In this document: piece after piece, positions 47,405 through 57,374 of the stretch
How positions within the stretch are numbered: position 1 is the first letter of the stretch
Layout of the letters: each line of letters opens with the position of its first letter
Assembly: GCA_963796525.1 (NCBI GenBank)
Contig: CAWCMD010000013.1
Span: 172,230 to 236,229, forward strand
DNA from: an uncultured Solirubrobacterales bacterium
Lineage (GTDB): Bacteria > Actinomycetota > Thermoleophilia > Solirubrobacterales > Solirubrobacteraceae
DNA: 64,000 nucleotides
Reading direction: 5' to 3'
The notes under the pieces: model-generated
Database searches by the model: none
Told to the model about the DNA's origin: nothing
Seen by the model: the letters and a program-made list of their open reading frames with translations, nothing else
Program-made: the position numbers and the translations under genes

Positions 47405-48580
47405 CTACCCGAGTCGGGTGCCTTCGACCTCGAGGCCGCCGCCCTCGGGGAGCTTGGTCCAGCTGCGTCGCTGCCACTCCTCCTTGAGCACCTCGGTCGC
47501 CGCTTGCTCGAGGAACTCCGGGCGCGCCCACTCGTCCACATCGAAGTCGTGCTTGATGTAGCCGTGGCTGAACATGAAGTCCTTGCCGATCTTCACGCAC
47601 TGCATGTTCTGCGCGCTCAGGCTCGGCACCATGTCGACGTGCTTGATGCCCCGGTAGGTGTCCTCGGCGTCCTGGTAGAACGTCTGGCGGTTGAGGATCG
47701 CCCCCGCAGCACGCTTGTGCTCGTTGGCCCAGCGCCCGACCTTGATCATCGCCTTCATGTAGGCAAGGACGAGCTCGGAGTGCTCGTCGGCCATCTCGGC
47801 GGTGCAGGTGATGACCGCCGGTGTGTTGGCGACCTGCACCGTCCAGTCCGGGTAGCGCGTGAGGTCCTCGATCATCTTGAGCTCGCCGGTGGCCTCCTGC
47901 AGATGCTGGAAGACCTTGCTCTGGGTGTAGATCGCGTCGACCTTGCCGGCCAGCAACGCGGTCTCGAGCGGGCGGAAGGCGAGGTCGTGCTTGTGGTCAC
48001 GGCGCATCCATAGCTCGGAGGGGTTGTTCATCGGCGGGACCAGCATCTCGGGCTTGTCGTACCAGTCGTCCGGATACGGGAAGTCGACCAGCTCGACGTC
48101 GTCGATGGTCATGTCGTTGAGCTTGAGCATGTTCAGGATGCCCATGTGCTCCTGGATGCGCCACCAGTCGTTCTTGATCGTGTTCAGGCTCTTGGAGATC
48201 CCGATCTTCTTGCCCTTGAGGTCCTTCATCCGGAAGATCTCGTCGCGGGCGCGCACCACCATGCAACCACCCTCGTACACCCACGTCGCGCCGAGCAGCA
48301 CCGTGCGGCGCAGGTCAGCGTTGACGTGGATCGGCGGGTAGAGACCGCCGAAGCGGATCAGGTTGTCGAGGTTGTGGATGTAGTGCGGGTACCAGTTGTT
48401 CTCCGGTGCGTGGCGGAAGTAGGCGTACTCGACGCCGATCTTCTTGAACTCCTCGCGGCACCAGCCCAACTCCTGGTCGACGTTGTTCGCCGACACCATC
48501 GGACAGTTGGTAAACCACACCTCCTGCCAGTTCAACGGCACCGTGGTTGAAACCCTGGGAGGCTCAGTCGTGGTAGCCAT
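47405..48580 (-). CDS. DszB-like (2'-hydroxybiphenyl-2-sulfinate desulfinase family / NMT1-THI5 fold) cytoplasmic protein
   Basis: No signal peptide. FTNCPMVSAN, IRFGGLYPP, DLKGKKIGIS, IDDVELV and ARPEFL line up with the SNCPVPNA, TRFGGEIPP, DLAGRRIGVS, VDDVELV and AAPEFL blocks of Rhodococcus DszB as I remember it. The ATG at 48580 lies 8 nt after AAGGAG. Confidence 0.6.
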   Translation of the reverse strand: MATTTEPPRVSTTVPLNWQEVWFTNCPMVSANNVDQELGWCREEFKKIGVEYAYFRHAPENNWYPHYIHNLDNLIRFGGLYPPIHVNADLRRTVLLGATWVYEGGCMVVRARDEIFRMKDLKGKKIGISKSLNTIKNDWWRIQEHMGILNMLKLNDMTIDDVELVDFPYPDDWYDKPEMLVPPMNNPSELWMRRDHKHDLAFRPLETALLAGKVDAIYTQSKVFQHLQEATGELKMIEDLTRYPDWTVQVANTPAVITCTAEMADEHSELVLAYMKAMIKVGRWANEHKRAAGAILNRQTFYQDAEDTYRGIKHVDMVPSLSAQNMQCVKIGKDFMFSHGYIKHDFDVDEWARPEFLEQAATEVLKEEWQRRSWTKLPEGGGLEVEGTRLG

Positions 48581-48582
48581 GA

Positions 48583-48834
48583 TCAACGCTCCTTTGTATG
48601 TTGTGTTAGCGGCGGGGTGGCCGTGTTCGGGGCGTCGTTCGCCTTCACCTCGAGCAACGTCAGCCCGAAGTCCGACACGCGCCGGAGCAGTCCCTGCAGC
48701 TCAGCTTGGTCGCGGACGTTGCCTGTCAGGGCTGTGTTTCCCGCGGCTCGCGTGAGCGTCATGCCGCCAAAGGCGGACTCGAGCGCGTCGCTGAGCTCTC
48801 CCTCGACGATCAGCCGATAGTTCCGGTCAGCCAT
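48583..48834 (-). CDS. small conserved hypothetical protein (YRLxVxGxLS family common in actinobacteria)
   Basis: MADRNYRLIVEGELSDALESAFGGMTLTRAAGNTALTGNVRDQAELQGLLRRVSDFGLTLLEV. Start moved to the internal ATG; the track GTG at 48888 overlaps the LuxR stop. Confidence 0.55.
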   Translation of the reverse strand: MADRNYRLIVEGELSDALESAFGGMTLTRAAGNTALTGNVRDQAELQGLLRRVSDFGLTLLEVKANDAPNTATPPLTQHTKER

Positions 48835-48884
48835 ATCTCGAGGGTCCCACTCCGCCCCGCCCGCGTGGGCGAGACGCGGGTCTT

Positions 48885-51200
48885 TCACCTAGGTGATTGC
48901 GCTTGGTCCATTAGCCCGAGCGTGGTGGCCCGCGCGATCGCCTCCGTGCGCGAGTGCACGCCGAGCTTGTGGTACAGCGCGCGGATGTGCGACCGGATCG
49001 TGTTCGCGGACAGGAACAGGCACTCACCGATTTCCCGGGTTGACAGGTCAGTGGTCAGGAGGCTCAGCACCGCGAGCTCGGCTTCGCTCGGCGGCTCGAG
49101 CACCTCGCCGCTGGACGCGCGGGCTCTGCTTGCTCCGAGTTCTCGCTCTACATCGTCGGCGAGCGCGGGAACGGGACCGCTGTCGTTGAGCTCGCCGAGC
49201 GCCTCCTTCGCGGAGCCCAGCGTCGCCTCGGCCTCGGCGAGACGACCGCGCCGCAGACGGACACGGGCCAGCACGACGAGCAGCCACGTGTGGTGCAGGC
49301 TCGCCACCTCATCACAAAAGAAGCGCTCAGCGGAGGCGAGCTCGTGCTCGGCCTCGACCAGGTGTCCCTCCGCGGCCAGCACGGAGCCGAGGGCGACGGA
49401 TGCGTTGGCCCCGAGCCAGCTCCGACTCGTTCCGATCCGGCCCACGGCCGCCTTCGCCTTCTCTGCGTGGTCCCGCGCGGAGGCCAGCCATCCTTGTTCG
49501 ATCGCGACGAGAGCGAGCGTCGAGCAGGCGACCACCAGGCTCGGGACGGCCCGCTCGATCGCGGGGTGCGCGAGCGCGCGCATCGCCACCGCGGACGCCT
49601 CGTCCAGCTCACCGGCGAAGAACAGAGCGCGAGCGTAGGAGCTCAGAGCCGCAGTGAGGATTTCATTCGCGTCAGCCTCAGCCAGCGCGACCGCACGCCG
49701 CCCGTCGAGCACCGCCTGCCGCACGCCGCGGTCGATCGTGACCGCCCATACCAGCCGCGCCGCCGCCTCGACGTACGCGTCGCGCTGGTCGGGTCGCTCC
49801 CCGCCCGCCCGGTCAGCGAGCGCCAGCAACCTGCGTTGCGTCAATGTGCGCCCGCCGAGGAGCATCGCGGCCGTCGCGGCCCCCACCGCAAGCTCCGGAT
49901 GCTCGACGATCCGCTCGTCCGGGAGCGTGACAACCCAGCGCAGAAGCGTCCGGCCGGCCCCGCCCCTGATCAGGTGCAGGTGATACTCGACCAGGAGGGC
50001 GGCGAGCAGCTCATCGTCGCCGGCCGCAGCCGCGTGCTCAACCGCTTGGACCGCCAACCCTTGCGCTCGCAGCCACTCGGCGGCACGTCGGTGAATCGCT
50101 CTCGGCGCGTCCGGGTCAATCGGGGCAAGCTGAGCCTGCGCATACTCGGCGAACAGCGAGTGGACACGAAACCAGCCGCCTCGCTCCGACCTCGAGATGA
50201 ACTGGTACGAGAGCCCGCGCTCGGAGAGCCGAGCCGCCGAGTCCGCACGATCAAGCGCCCTGTCGCAGAGTTCCGCGGTGAACTCGCCGAGCACCGCGGC
50301 GCCGTGGAGAAACGCACGGTCGTTCTCGTCAAGCGTCGCCAGAACCTCACTGCTCAGATAGTCGGCAACGAACCGGTGGCCTCCGCCGAAGACCCGCACA
50401 GCCCCACCGGGATCCTCGACGGTCCGCAGCCACAACCAGGCGAGAACGAGCGCCGCAGGCCAGCCCTCGGTGTGCTCGACGAGCACGTCGATCTCCTCCG
50501 AGCCGAGCTGGAGCTGACCGAAACCCACGAGCAACTCGTGCGCCTCAGCGGCCGTGAACGCGAGCTCCGCTGCACGTATCTCGATAAGCGCCCCGGCCGC
50601 GCGCAGCCTCGCTAACCTCAGCGCCGGATCGACCCGCGTGATCAGCACCACGTGCGCGTTCGCGGGAAGGTGCCCGAGCGCATAGTCGATCGACGACAAG
50701 CACTCCTCGCTGCTCACCGCGTGCACATCGTCGAGCACAATGACCAGCTCACCCTCCAGCGTCGCCGCCTCATTCATCAGCTCATCGACCGCGACCTCGA
50801 TCGGGCTGCCCGCCACGCTCAGCCGCCGCAACGCGCCTCGCCCCAACCCCGACCGCACCCGATCGACCGCCGTCGCCACGTACCTCCACAGCAGGACCGG
50901 ATCGTTCTCGCCCGCGTCGAGCGACACCCAGGCCAACGCCGCATCGAGATCTGCGCACCAGGCCCGGACCTCAGTCGTCTTGCCGTAACCGGCCGGGGCA
51001 ACGACGACGGTCAGCTGCGCGTCGCCGTCGGCATCGAGCGCCCGGCGAACCCGCGGCCGATCGACCAAGCCATGGCGCACACTCGGCACCGCGAGCTTGG
51101 CCTCCACCAGCAGCGAAAGCGGGGCCGCACCCGCAGAACCGCGCCGGCGCACTGCGGCGTGTGCCTGCGGCTCAAGCTCGTCCACATCGATTTCCGGCAT
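48885..51200 (-). CDS. large ATP-binding LuxR-family regulator (LAL/MalT-like)
   Basis: N-terminal P-loop (VVVAPAGYGKTT), a long helical/TPR-like middle and a C-terminal LuxR HTH (LSTREIGECLFLSANTIRSHIRALYHKLGV). Confidence 0.85.
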   Translation of the reverse strand: MPEIDVDELEPQAHAAVRRRGSAGAAPLSLLVEAKLAVPSVRHGLVDRPRVRRALDADGDAQLTVVVAPAGYGKTTEVRAWCADLDAALAWVSLDAGENDPVLLWRYVATAVDRVRSGLGRGALRRLSVAGSPIEVAVDELMNEAATLEGELVIVLDDVHAVSSEECLSSIDYALGHLPANAHVVLITRVDPALRLARLRAAGALIEIRAAELAFTAAEAHELLVGFGQLQLGSEEIDVLVEHTEGWPAALVLAWLWLRTVEDPGGAVRVFGGGHRFVADYLSSEVLATLDENDRAFLHGAAVLGEFTAELCDRALDRADSAARLSERGLSYQFISRSERGGWFRVHSLFAEYAQAQLAPIDPDAPRAIHRRAAEWLRAQGLAVQAVEHAAAAGDDELLAALLVEYHLHLIRGGAGRTLLRWVVTLPDERIVEHPELAVGAATAAMLLGGRTLTQRRLLALADRAGGERPDQRDAYVEAAARLVWAVTIDRGVRQAVLDGRRAVALAEADANEILTAALSSYARALFFAGELDEASAVAMRALAHPAIERAVPSLVVACSTLALVAIEQGWLASARDHAEKAKAAVGRIGTSRSWLGANASVALGSVLAAEGHLVEAEHELASAERFFCDEVASLHHTWLLVVLARVRLRRGRLAEAEATLGSAKEALGELNDSGPVPALADDVERELGASRARASSGEVLEPPSEAELAVLSLLTTDLSTREIGECLFLSANTIRSHIRALYHKLGVHSRTEAIARATTLGLMDQAQSPR

Positions 51201-52363
51201 TCGCTTCCCCCATCAGCGGTCGCGAACATCCCTCCGTTGGGAGCGGTTTGAGGTTCACATGAAGCGCAATCCGCGCCATCACCCGGATTGGATGAGAGCC
51301 CGGGGATTGGCTCCCATCGGGTCGTCCATCACGTCTGGCAAACCGCGCGACCTGGACTGATCTGGACCTCGCTGGAAGTATCTATACCGACCGCACAGAC
51401 ATGAAGGCCATGTCGCGCAATAGCGATAGAGGGGGTCGCCGGGCTTTCTGTGCCGACTCGCGGCCCGCTCTCCTCTCGCTTGTCCTGCCAGCGATTCAAC
51501 GACGATGCGCCAAAGCGCCACTCCGACACTCGATGCGCGCCCGAAGTTGACGCGCGACGAGCAGTGGCCAGGCCCGATCCTTGCCCACGGCGGTGATCTA
51601 CGTGATCCTTCGACCCGGCGGCGCTAAAGGCGAGGAGCGCAGAACAGCAACAGTCGCGCGCCCGAGCCGCAGTGATGCCCGACCGGCACAGCTCAATACG
51701 TCATGACGGATAGCGCCATACCCGTCTCCGGTGGAATGCAGGGCTCTGCTCCCGATGGAGGGTCGGTCGCCAATACCGGGTTCCACCGGTGCCTGTGACG
51801 GTCGCCGGACGCTTTGTTGTTGGTCCGGGCTAGGTACCCGCCGGACCGGGCTAGGTCCGACCATGATGTCGCCGCCGAATATGCCAACGAACAAAACCGC
51901 GAGCCACATCGTAATTTGATAATCGCGAGACCAGCCCAGCGGTGTAGGCGTCGCTGCTCGTCGGCGATATAGCAGTCACGTGCCGCGAGTCCGCGAACGC
52001 GCTTGTCAGCGTGAGCCGACAAGTCGGTGGACAGCCACGCCGTCCGGGACCGCTTGCTGAGGTCCCGCGCTGAGTGGCAAAGGGATCGCCGAACGTCGAC
52101 GATCGCCGTGATCGAGACGTCGCCGACGGAGTGGTCCGCTGCGCCTGGCGCCGGACTGGAAGCGATCGTGCGGTGACGCCGAGCGGTCGCTCGAGACTGA
52201 GCGAATGCGAAGCGCGGAGCTGACCACTCCCTCGACACATGGCCGGTGGGAAGCGGGTAACCGCGCGCGGTGCAGACGGAAACCAGAAGTCAGCTGCCGC
52301 CCATATGAGGACCAGCGCGGGCCGACGCTGGTCACGCGGCCGGCGCGTTGGATCGCGCTGTAG

Positions 52364-52651
52364 TCAGGATGGCCTGATGTCTAGCTTTACTTCGCAGGTG
52401 TCGACCGAGGCGCGCGTGCCGGGTGTCTCGGAGGCATCCATCGCCTCGAAGATCCGTGCCGCCGCCGCCATGTCTTCCGCCGTATCGAAATGCTGCAGAA
52501 CAACAGCAGTTCGTTCCTCCGAGTCGTAAAGCATCTGGAGACGGGTGCTCGAAACGCCGGGCGGCGGGCCGTCGGATTCCTTAATCCGTGCCAGAGTCGC
52601 GTCGATCCGGTCAGGGCTTACATCGGTGAACCTGACGACCCGTACGTACAC
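52364..52651 (-). CDS. small hypothetical protein (ferredoxin-like/ABM-like guess)
   Basis: 95 aa, MYVRVVRFTDVSPDRIDATLARIKE...VVLQHFDTAEDMAAAARIFEAMD. The GTG start is preceded by GAGGAGG at 7 nt. Confidence 0.55.
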   Translation of the reverse strand: MYVRVVRFTDVSPDRIDATLARIKESDGPPPGVSSTRLQMLYDSEERTAVVLQHFDTAEDMAAAARIFEAMDASETPGTRASVDTCEVKLDIRPS

Positions 52652-52801
52652 GTCGAGACCTCCTCACTCGGTTTGGCTAGGACCATAACGATCGGCGCGC
52701 TGTGCTGGGATCCGGTGATCTCGAGCATCGAGGACGGCCGCGATCCTGGAGAATGCGATGGCACCCCTTGGCGCACTCGCTGCTGAACACGTGTGCTTCG
52801 T

Positions 52802-52827
52802 GGTGCCCGGCCCTGAGGCCGGGCACC
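52802..52827. terminator. perfect 11-bp stem hairpin GGTGCCCGGCC-ctga-GGCCGGGCACC
   Basis: Lies 26 nt downstream of the stop of the minus-strand gene 52853..53752. There is no U-tract. Confidence 0.5.
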
Positions 52828-52852
52828 AGCTAATCGCTGCGAGCCTGGTGGC

Positions 52853-53752
52853 TTAGAACGCGCCGGGTCCGGAGGGGCCGCCCATCGTCACCGGAGTTGA
52901 GAGCACGCACTGGCCGCTGCGCTTGCCGAGCACCGTGTTGGGCTGGGGCGTACGCGGGAAGAGGCTGTTTTGGCTGGTCTCGGCGCTGTCCCAGACGGCG
53001 CTGTTGTTGTGACAGGACAGGTTCTTGTCGATGTGGTTGAGCACGATCTCGATCGCGTCAGGGTCCGCCAGCTTGTTGTTGATGAAGCTCGCGTTGCCGC
53101 CCACATGGACGCGTGCCATGCCCAACCAGCACGACCCGAGGCCGCTGAACGTGGCGTCGCCCTTCACCGCGCTGTCCTCAAGCGCGCTGTAGACAGGAGA
53201 CTTGAACTGCGCGAATGGTCCCGATTTCGGGGCGTTGCAGTTAAGGCCGCCGCCGCCGCCGGTCTCGGTGAAATCATGGCCGATCGTGGCGTTGTGGATC
53301 AGCACCCCCAGCGGCGCACTCTCGATCACGTCGCCCGAGATGCGATCGGCGCTGGTCAGCTTGGGCTTGTGCTGGTTGTCGTCGATGCACGGGAATGACT
53401 TTGGGTTACAGCCCATCGCCACGGACGCGTTCTTTGCGACCACGAGATCGCCCTTGACCGTGAGGCTCGAACCGCCCTTGTGCGTGCGGTGATTGAGGCC
53501 AAAAGCCGCGATCAGCGCCCCGCCCTTGCTCACCGTCAGGTCGCCGGCGACACGGACCGGCCCGCTGTTGACCGCGCAGACACCCTTGACGACCACATCG
53601 CCTCGGTAGGTGCCGACAAGCACCCCGGGCGATTTGAGTGTCCCCGTGCAGGTATGGGTCTGGGCCGCCGAGGCAAAAACCGGGCTGATCACCAGAGCAC
53701 CGGCGGTTGCGCACAACCCGGCAGACAACAACACGCTACGTCTAATCGCCAT
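52853..53752 (-). CDS. secreted hypothetical protein (beta-helix-like, Cys-containing)
   Basis: The internal ATG at 53752 gives MAIRRSVLLSAGLCATAGALVISPVFASAAQ (signal peptide). Repetitive G/V/N-rich strands follow. The 164-aa N-terminal extension in the track ORF is Arg/Pro/Ser noise. Confidence 0.6.
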   Translation of the reverse strand: MAIRRSVLLSAGLCATAGALVISPVFASAAQTHTCTGTLKSPGVLVGTYRGDVVVKGVCAVNSGPVRVAGDLTVSKGGALIAAFGLNHRTHKGGSSLTVKGDLVVAKNASVAMGCNPKSFPCIDDNQHKPKLTSADRISGDVIESAPLGVLIHNATIGHDFTETGGGGGLNCNAPKSGPFAQFKSPVYSALEDSAVKGDATFSGLGSCWLGMARVHVGGNASFINNKLADPDAIEIVLNHIDKNLSCHNNSAVWDSAETSQNSLFPRTPQPNTVLGKRSGQCVLSTPVTMGGPSGPGAF

Positions 53753-54512
53753 CAAGCACCTCTCAAACCTCGATTGACATCCCTGACAAATCCCGCTCCA
53801 GCGCCACCGAACCTCAAACACCGTCGCGGCACGGAAGTTTCGCTGCGGGGAAAGGTCGCGATCTCGACCCGAAGATCCTCGCAAACGAGGCGGTCTCGTG
53901 GCAGCCGAGCTCGCACGCATCCGAGAGCGTGCAGACCCCGCACACCCTCCCCTGTCCGGCGGACAAGCCCGCGTCATCAGCAGCGCGCGCGGACCTGCTG
54001 CCACCGAATACCGCGCCGCTACGGAAGCAGAAGTCGACCGCAGCTCGCTCGTCGTCCTGGAGGTTGCCGATCCCAGGACCGGCGGGAGTCGATGAAGACG
54101 ATCGTGCGGACGGTTTCGGCTGGAGGCGGTTCGAGGGCCGCCGGGTCCTGGCAACGTCGCTCGAGCAGCGACACCGCGCAGGTAAGGCCGGTCTATCGGG
54201 CCTCTTACCGGCGTCTCGATCGAGGGGTTCAAGCTGCCAGTCATGTACTCAACCTCGTGCGGCGCTGTGCGCTGAAGATGCTCGTCGTGGGGGCAGAGCA
54301 GGGATTGGCGCAGACTCGGGAGCGCTGTGCCTTCACGTCTGGCGAGGCAGTGAACTGCCGCGTTCAGTTGGTGGCTGTCGAGTGCGGCTGAAACACCGAG
54401 GGTAGCTTCTACCCGATTGTCGGCAAGCGGGCGGCTAGGATGGCCGCGTGTCGCGCGCGGGCATGGACGTCAGATGGTGTGGTCTTGCGTTCGGGGTTGT
54501 CGCGGCGCGGTG

Positions 54513-56891
54513 TCAGCCAATGGTGAAGGTCTTGCTCGCCGGCTGTCCGACCCCGGCTGCGCTCAGCGCGCGGACCTGGAACATGTACTTTCCCGGCTTC
54601 AGGTGCCTGTAGGTTTTTGGCGAGGTGCAGCGCGCGAAATGCGGGTTAGCTTTCGTCTGTCCCTTCTTGACCAACGTGCACTGGAAACCGCTCGCGCTCG
54701 TCGCCTTGAACGTAAATGTCGCTGTGTGGCGCTTCTGGTCGATCTTCGCCCTACTTATCAGGGCCTTCGGCTTTCCGGAGCCGCCCGGCGAGCTGACCTT
54801 GGTGGCGGCGGACCGCGGCTTGTTGAACGGCGGGTCGTCGTTGGTGAGCGTTGTCACGGTGCCCTCGCTTAGAGCGTGACCGTAGTACGCCACCTCGTCG
54901 AGGTAACCGTTGAACCAGCTGCCCTGGGTCCCGTAGCCGAGGTAGATCGTGCTCGCGCCGCTCACCGGCTCCTGTGAGCAGCCCTCGGCGATCAGCCCGC
55001 TGCCGTCCAACGAGTTCCCTGGAGCCGGCACCGCACCGGTCCCGGGCACGTAGTCCTGCGCGTAGAGGAACGTGTTATAGGTGTGCCCGGACGCGCTGCA
55101 CGGCTGGCCCGTCCAAACGGCCACAATGTGGTGGAACATGCCCACCGCGTACCCGTTCTTGACCTGACCCGTGCCGCTGGCGCCAGTCCACCAGTTCGCG
55201 GACGGGTTGAACGTAGACGACGTGGATGCGATTTCCGAGTCGGGGAAGTTCACCGATTGGCGGAAGTGGATCTGGCTGTCGCCGCCGATCCACAACGAAC
55301 CTGCTCCGCCCTGCTCAAAGAGCATCTGCGGGCCACTCGGCGGCCCGGCCGCCTGGAACCACAGGTCGATTGTGTAGGCCTGCTGTGGAGCATGCAGGTT
55401 GTTGACATATGCGTACGTGCCATTTCCGGTGAAGATGGCAGTGGTGCTGCCGTCGCCGGCCACACCGTAGACCGGTTCGCAGAACGGGCTTGGGCAGTTG
55501 GTGCCGTGAGCCCCGTTCTTGTACTCGCCGTTGTATCCGTTGCCCGAGGAGTCGGTCACCGCCGAGGTATCGAATGCATCGCTCATCCGCCAGTAGGCGA
55601 TCGGAGCGTGATTGCAAACCTCGGTCACGTAGGAAGCCGTTGGGTTCGCGCAGTTTCCACCGGAACCCGACCCTCCGCCGGAGCCCGAACCTCCAGCCAC
55701 GGGTCCGACCGGCGAGGAGAACCGAGGCGCGCTCGCTGCGCCAGTGGAGTCGACACCAGTCACCGACACCTTGACGTCGTGGCCGATGTCACTCGACTGG
55801 ATCGTGTACTGCCCGGAACCGGCGTTCGAGATCGGCGAGCAGTTGTTGCCGGCGTTGTCGCAGTCATACCACTGGTAGGTGTACGTCGTGCCAGATGGGT
55901 CGCTCCCGTTGGGGTAGGCGGTGAGCGTGGTGCCGACCGCGTACGCGGACTGGCCGCCGATCGACGGAGCCCCGACCGTGGGTAGCGACGCCCACAAGCC
56001 GCTGGTGTACTGGCCCGAGTCGCTGACGACCACCGTGGCGCCCACGCCACTGAGGGGCGATCGCGCGATGCTGCCGCCGGAGTAGCTGAAGAACGCGTAG
56101 TACACGTAGCTGCCGTCGACTGCCACCCCCCTGATGGCGCCCGCGCCTGGGCTGAGGAAGATGCTCGGCCCGCTGCCGTCGATCGCGGCCTTGCCGACCT
56201 GGCCGTCGCTCACTTGGTTCGACCAGTAGATGTGGGCATCGCTGGGATCGACCGTAACGCCGAAGGGCGCGCTCACCGTGGAACCGCTGATGAAGTTGGC
56301 GACCACGTTGGCGCCCGATGGGTTGCTCAGCGTCGCCCGCCCGATCTCGTTGTTGGCCTGATCGGCCCAGTAGATGTACCTGCCATCGACCGCCAAGCCG
56401 TGCAGGCTGCCCACGGGGCTGTCCGGCACAGCGAGGAGCTGCGCCGCCGGACCGGGTGTAGCCAATCCAGCGTGGGGGAGCTCCCAGATCGTCCCATCGT
56501 CCGAGTTCGCCCAATAGAGGGTGCCGCTGGAATCGATGGCGAGGCCCGTGGGATGCAGGACCGTCCCGTTCACGCCGTTCGTGACCAGCGCCGTCAGACC
56601 GGAACCGTCGATGCCCCCAATGAAGATCTTATTGCCGTTGTAGTCGCCGAAGTAAACATGGGTGCCGTCACTGACGATGCCCCTGGGGGCCGACGTGGAG
56701 CCCGGGCTCAACGGGAACGGGCTCGGGTCCGCGCTCGTCCCATTGCTGCTGGCTGTGTGCGCGAAACCGGGGCTGTCCCCGTTTGTCCAGAAGATCGTTG
56801 CGGTGGCCGTGGATGCCCACGCGCCCACCGCCACCATCGTCCCGAGAATCACGGCCAATGGCCGAATGCGCCTGCATGGAAAGCGTCTCAT
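54513..56891 (-). CDS. large secreted protein: YWTD-type beta-propeller + Ig-like + LamG/ConA-like + C-terminal Ig-like domain
   Basis: Signal peptide MRRFPCRRIRPLAVILGTMVAVGAWASTATA. Five or six YWTD-like blades (YIYWADQANNEIGRATL, HIYWSNQVSDGQVGKAAIDGSG, TLYWANSDDGTIWEL...). Also a GGSGSGGGSGSGG linker, LamG-like AYWRMSD...GNGYNG, and a tail FTFKATSASGFQCTL...YMFQVRA. Confidence 0.7.
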   Translation of the reverse strand: MRRFPCRRIRPLAVILGTMVAVGAWASTATATIFWTNGDSPGFAHTASSNGTSADPSPFPLSPGSTSAPRGIVSDGTHVYFGDYNGNKIFIGGIDGSGLTALVTNGVNGTVLHPTGLAIDSSGTLYWANSDDGTIWELPHAGLATPGPAAQLLAVPDSPVGSLHGLAVDGRYIYWADQANNEIGRATLSNPSGANVVANFISGSTVSAPFGVTVDPSDAHIYWSNQVSDGQVGKAAIDGSGPSIFLSPGAGAIRGVAVDGSYVYYAFFSYSGGSIARSPLSGVGATVVVSDSGQYTSGLWASLPTVGAPSIGGQSAYAVGTTLTAYPNGSDPSGTTYTYQWYDCDNAGNNCSPISNAGSGQYTIQSSDIGHDVKVSVTGVDSTGAASAPRFSSPVGPVAGGSGSGGGSGSGGNCANPTASYVTEVCNHAPIAYWRMSDAFDTSAVTDSSGNGYNGEYKNGAHGTNCPSPFCEPVYGVAGDGSTTAIFTGNGTYAYVNNLHAPQQAYTIDLWFQAAGPPSGPQMLFEQGGAGSLWIGGDSQIHFRQSVNFPDSEIASTSSTFNPSANWWTGASGTGQVKNGYAVGMFHHIVAVWTGQPCSASGHTYNTFLYAQDYVPGTGAVPAPGNSLDGSGLIAEGCSQEPVSGASTIYLGYGTQGSWFNGYLDEVAYYGHALSEGTVTTLTNDDPPFNKPRSAATKVSSPGGSGKPKALISRAKIDQKRHTATFTFKATSASGFQCTLVKKGQTKANPHFARCTSPKTYRHLKPGKYMFQVRALSAAGVGQPASKTFTIG

Positions 56892-57374
56892 ATGCCCAAC
56901 CTTTCGTCCGCGAGCACCGAACGCCCCCACTGCCGACACGCGGCAAAGACCTGCGTTTCGCACGTCCCCCGCTCAGGTTGGTCTGGGAGCATGATCTGCC
57001 AGCCATTTCCGTTGAGGTTCACACATGCCATCGGTAGATCCGACGCCTAATCCCTTCATGGGACACGCGAAGTGGAGGACATAGCCCGCTCGGCCTATGT
57101 CGCTGTTCTCGTCGCCCTATCGCTCGGCGGCAAAGAAGCCCACCCACGAATGTAGGCTCGGCGCCGTCTTGGTAAAAGCGCCATAACTACCTAAAGCTCG
57201 TGCGGGTTCCCCCCCGTCGTTGGCCCGTGGCCGGCCTTCGGCTCATGCCGCCGTGTCGGCCCGAGTCGGCCAAAGTCTGCGGTTAACCACGGCATTTTTC
57301 ATGCGCGGGTATGGCGTATGCTCACGAGGAGACCAGCTCGGCGGATGGCCAGGGACCGGCAACGTAAGGAGGCG

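Noticed and set aside
53753-54512. 760-bp gap between two secreted-protein genes searched for a missed gene, including the 164-aa N-terminal extension of ORF 52853..54244 and plus ORFs 53480..54391 and 53929..54405
   Set aside because: All candidate frames are Arg/Ser/Pro-rich with no motifs. The true start of the downstream gene is the Met that precedes a clean signal peptide at 53752. The gap is left unannotated.
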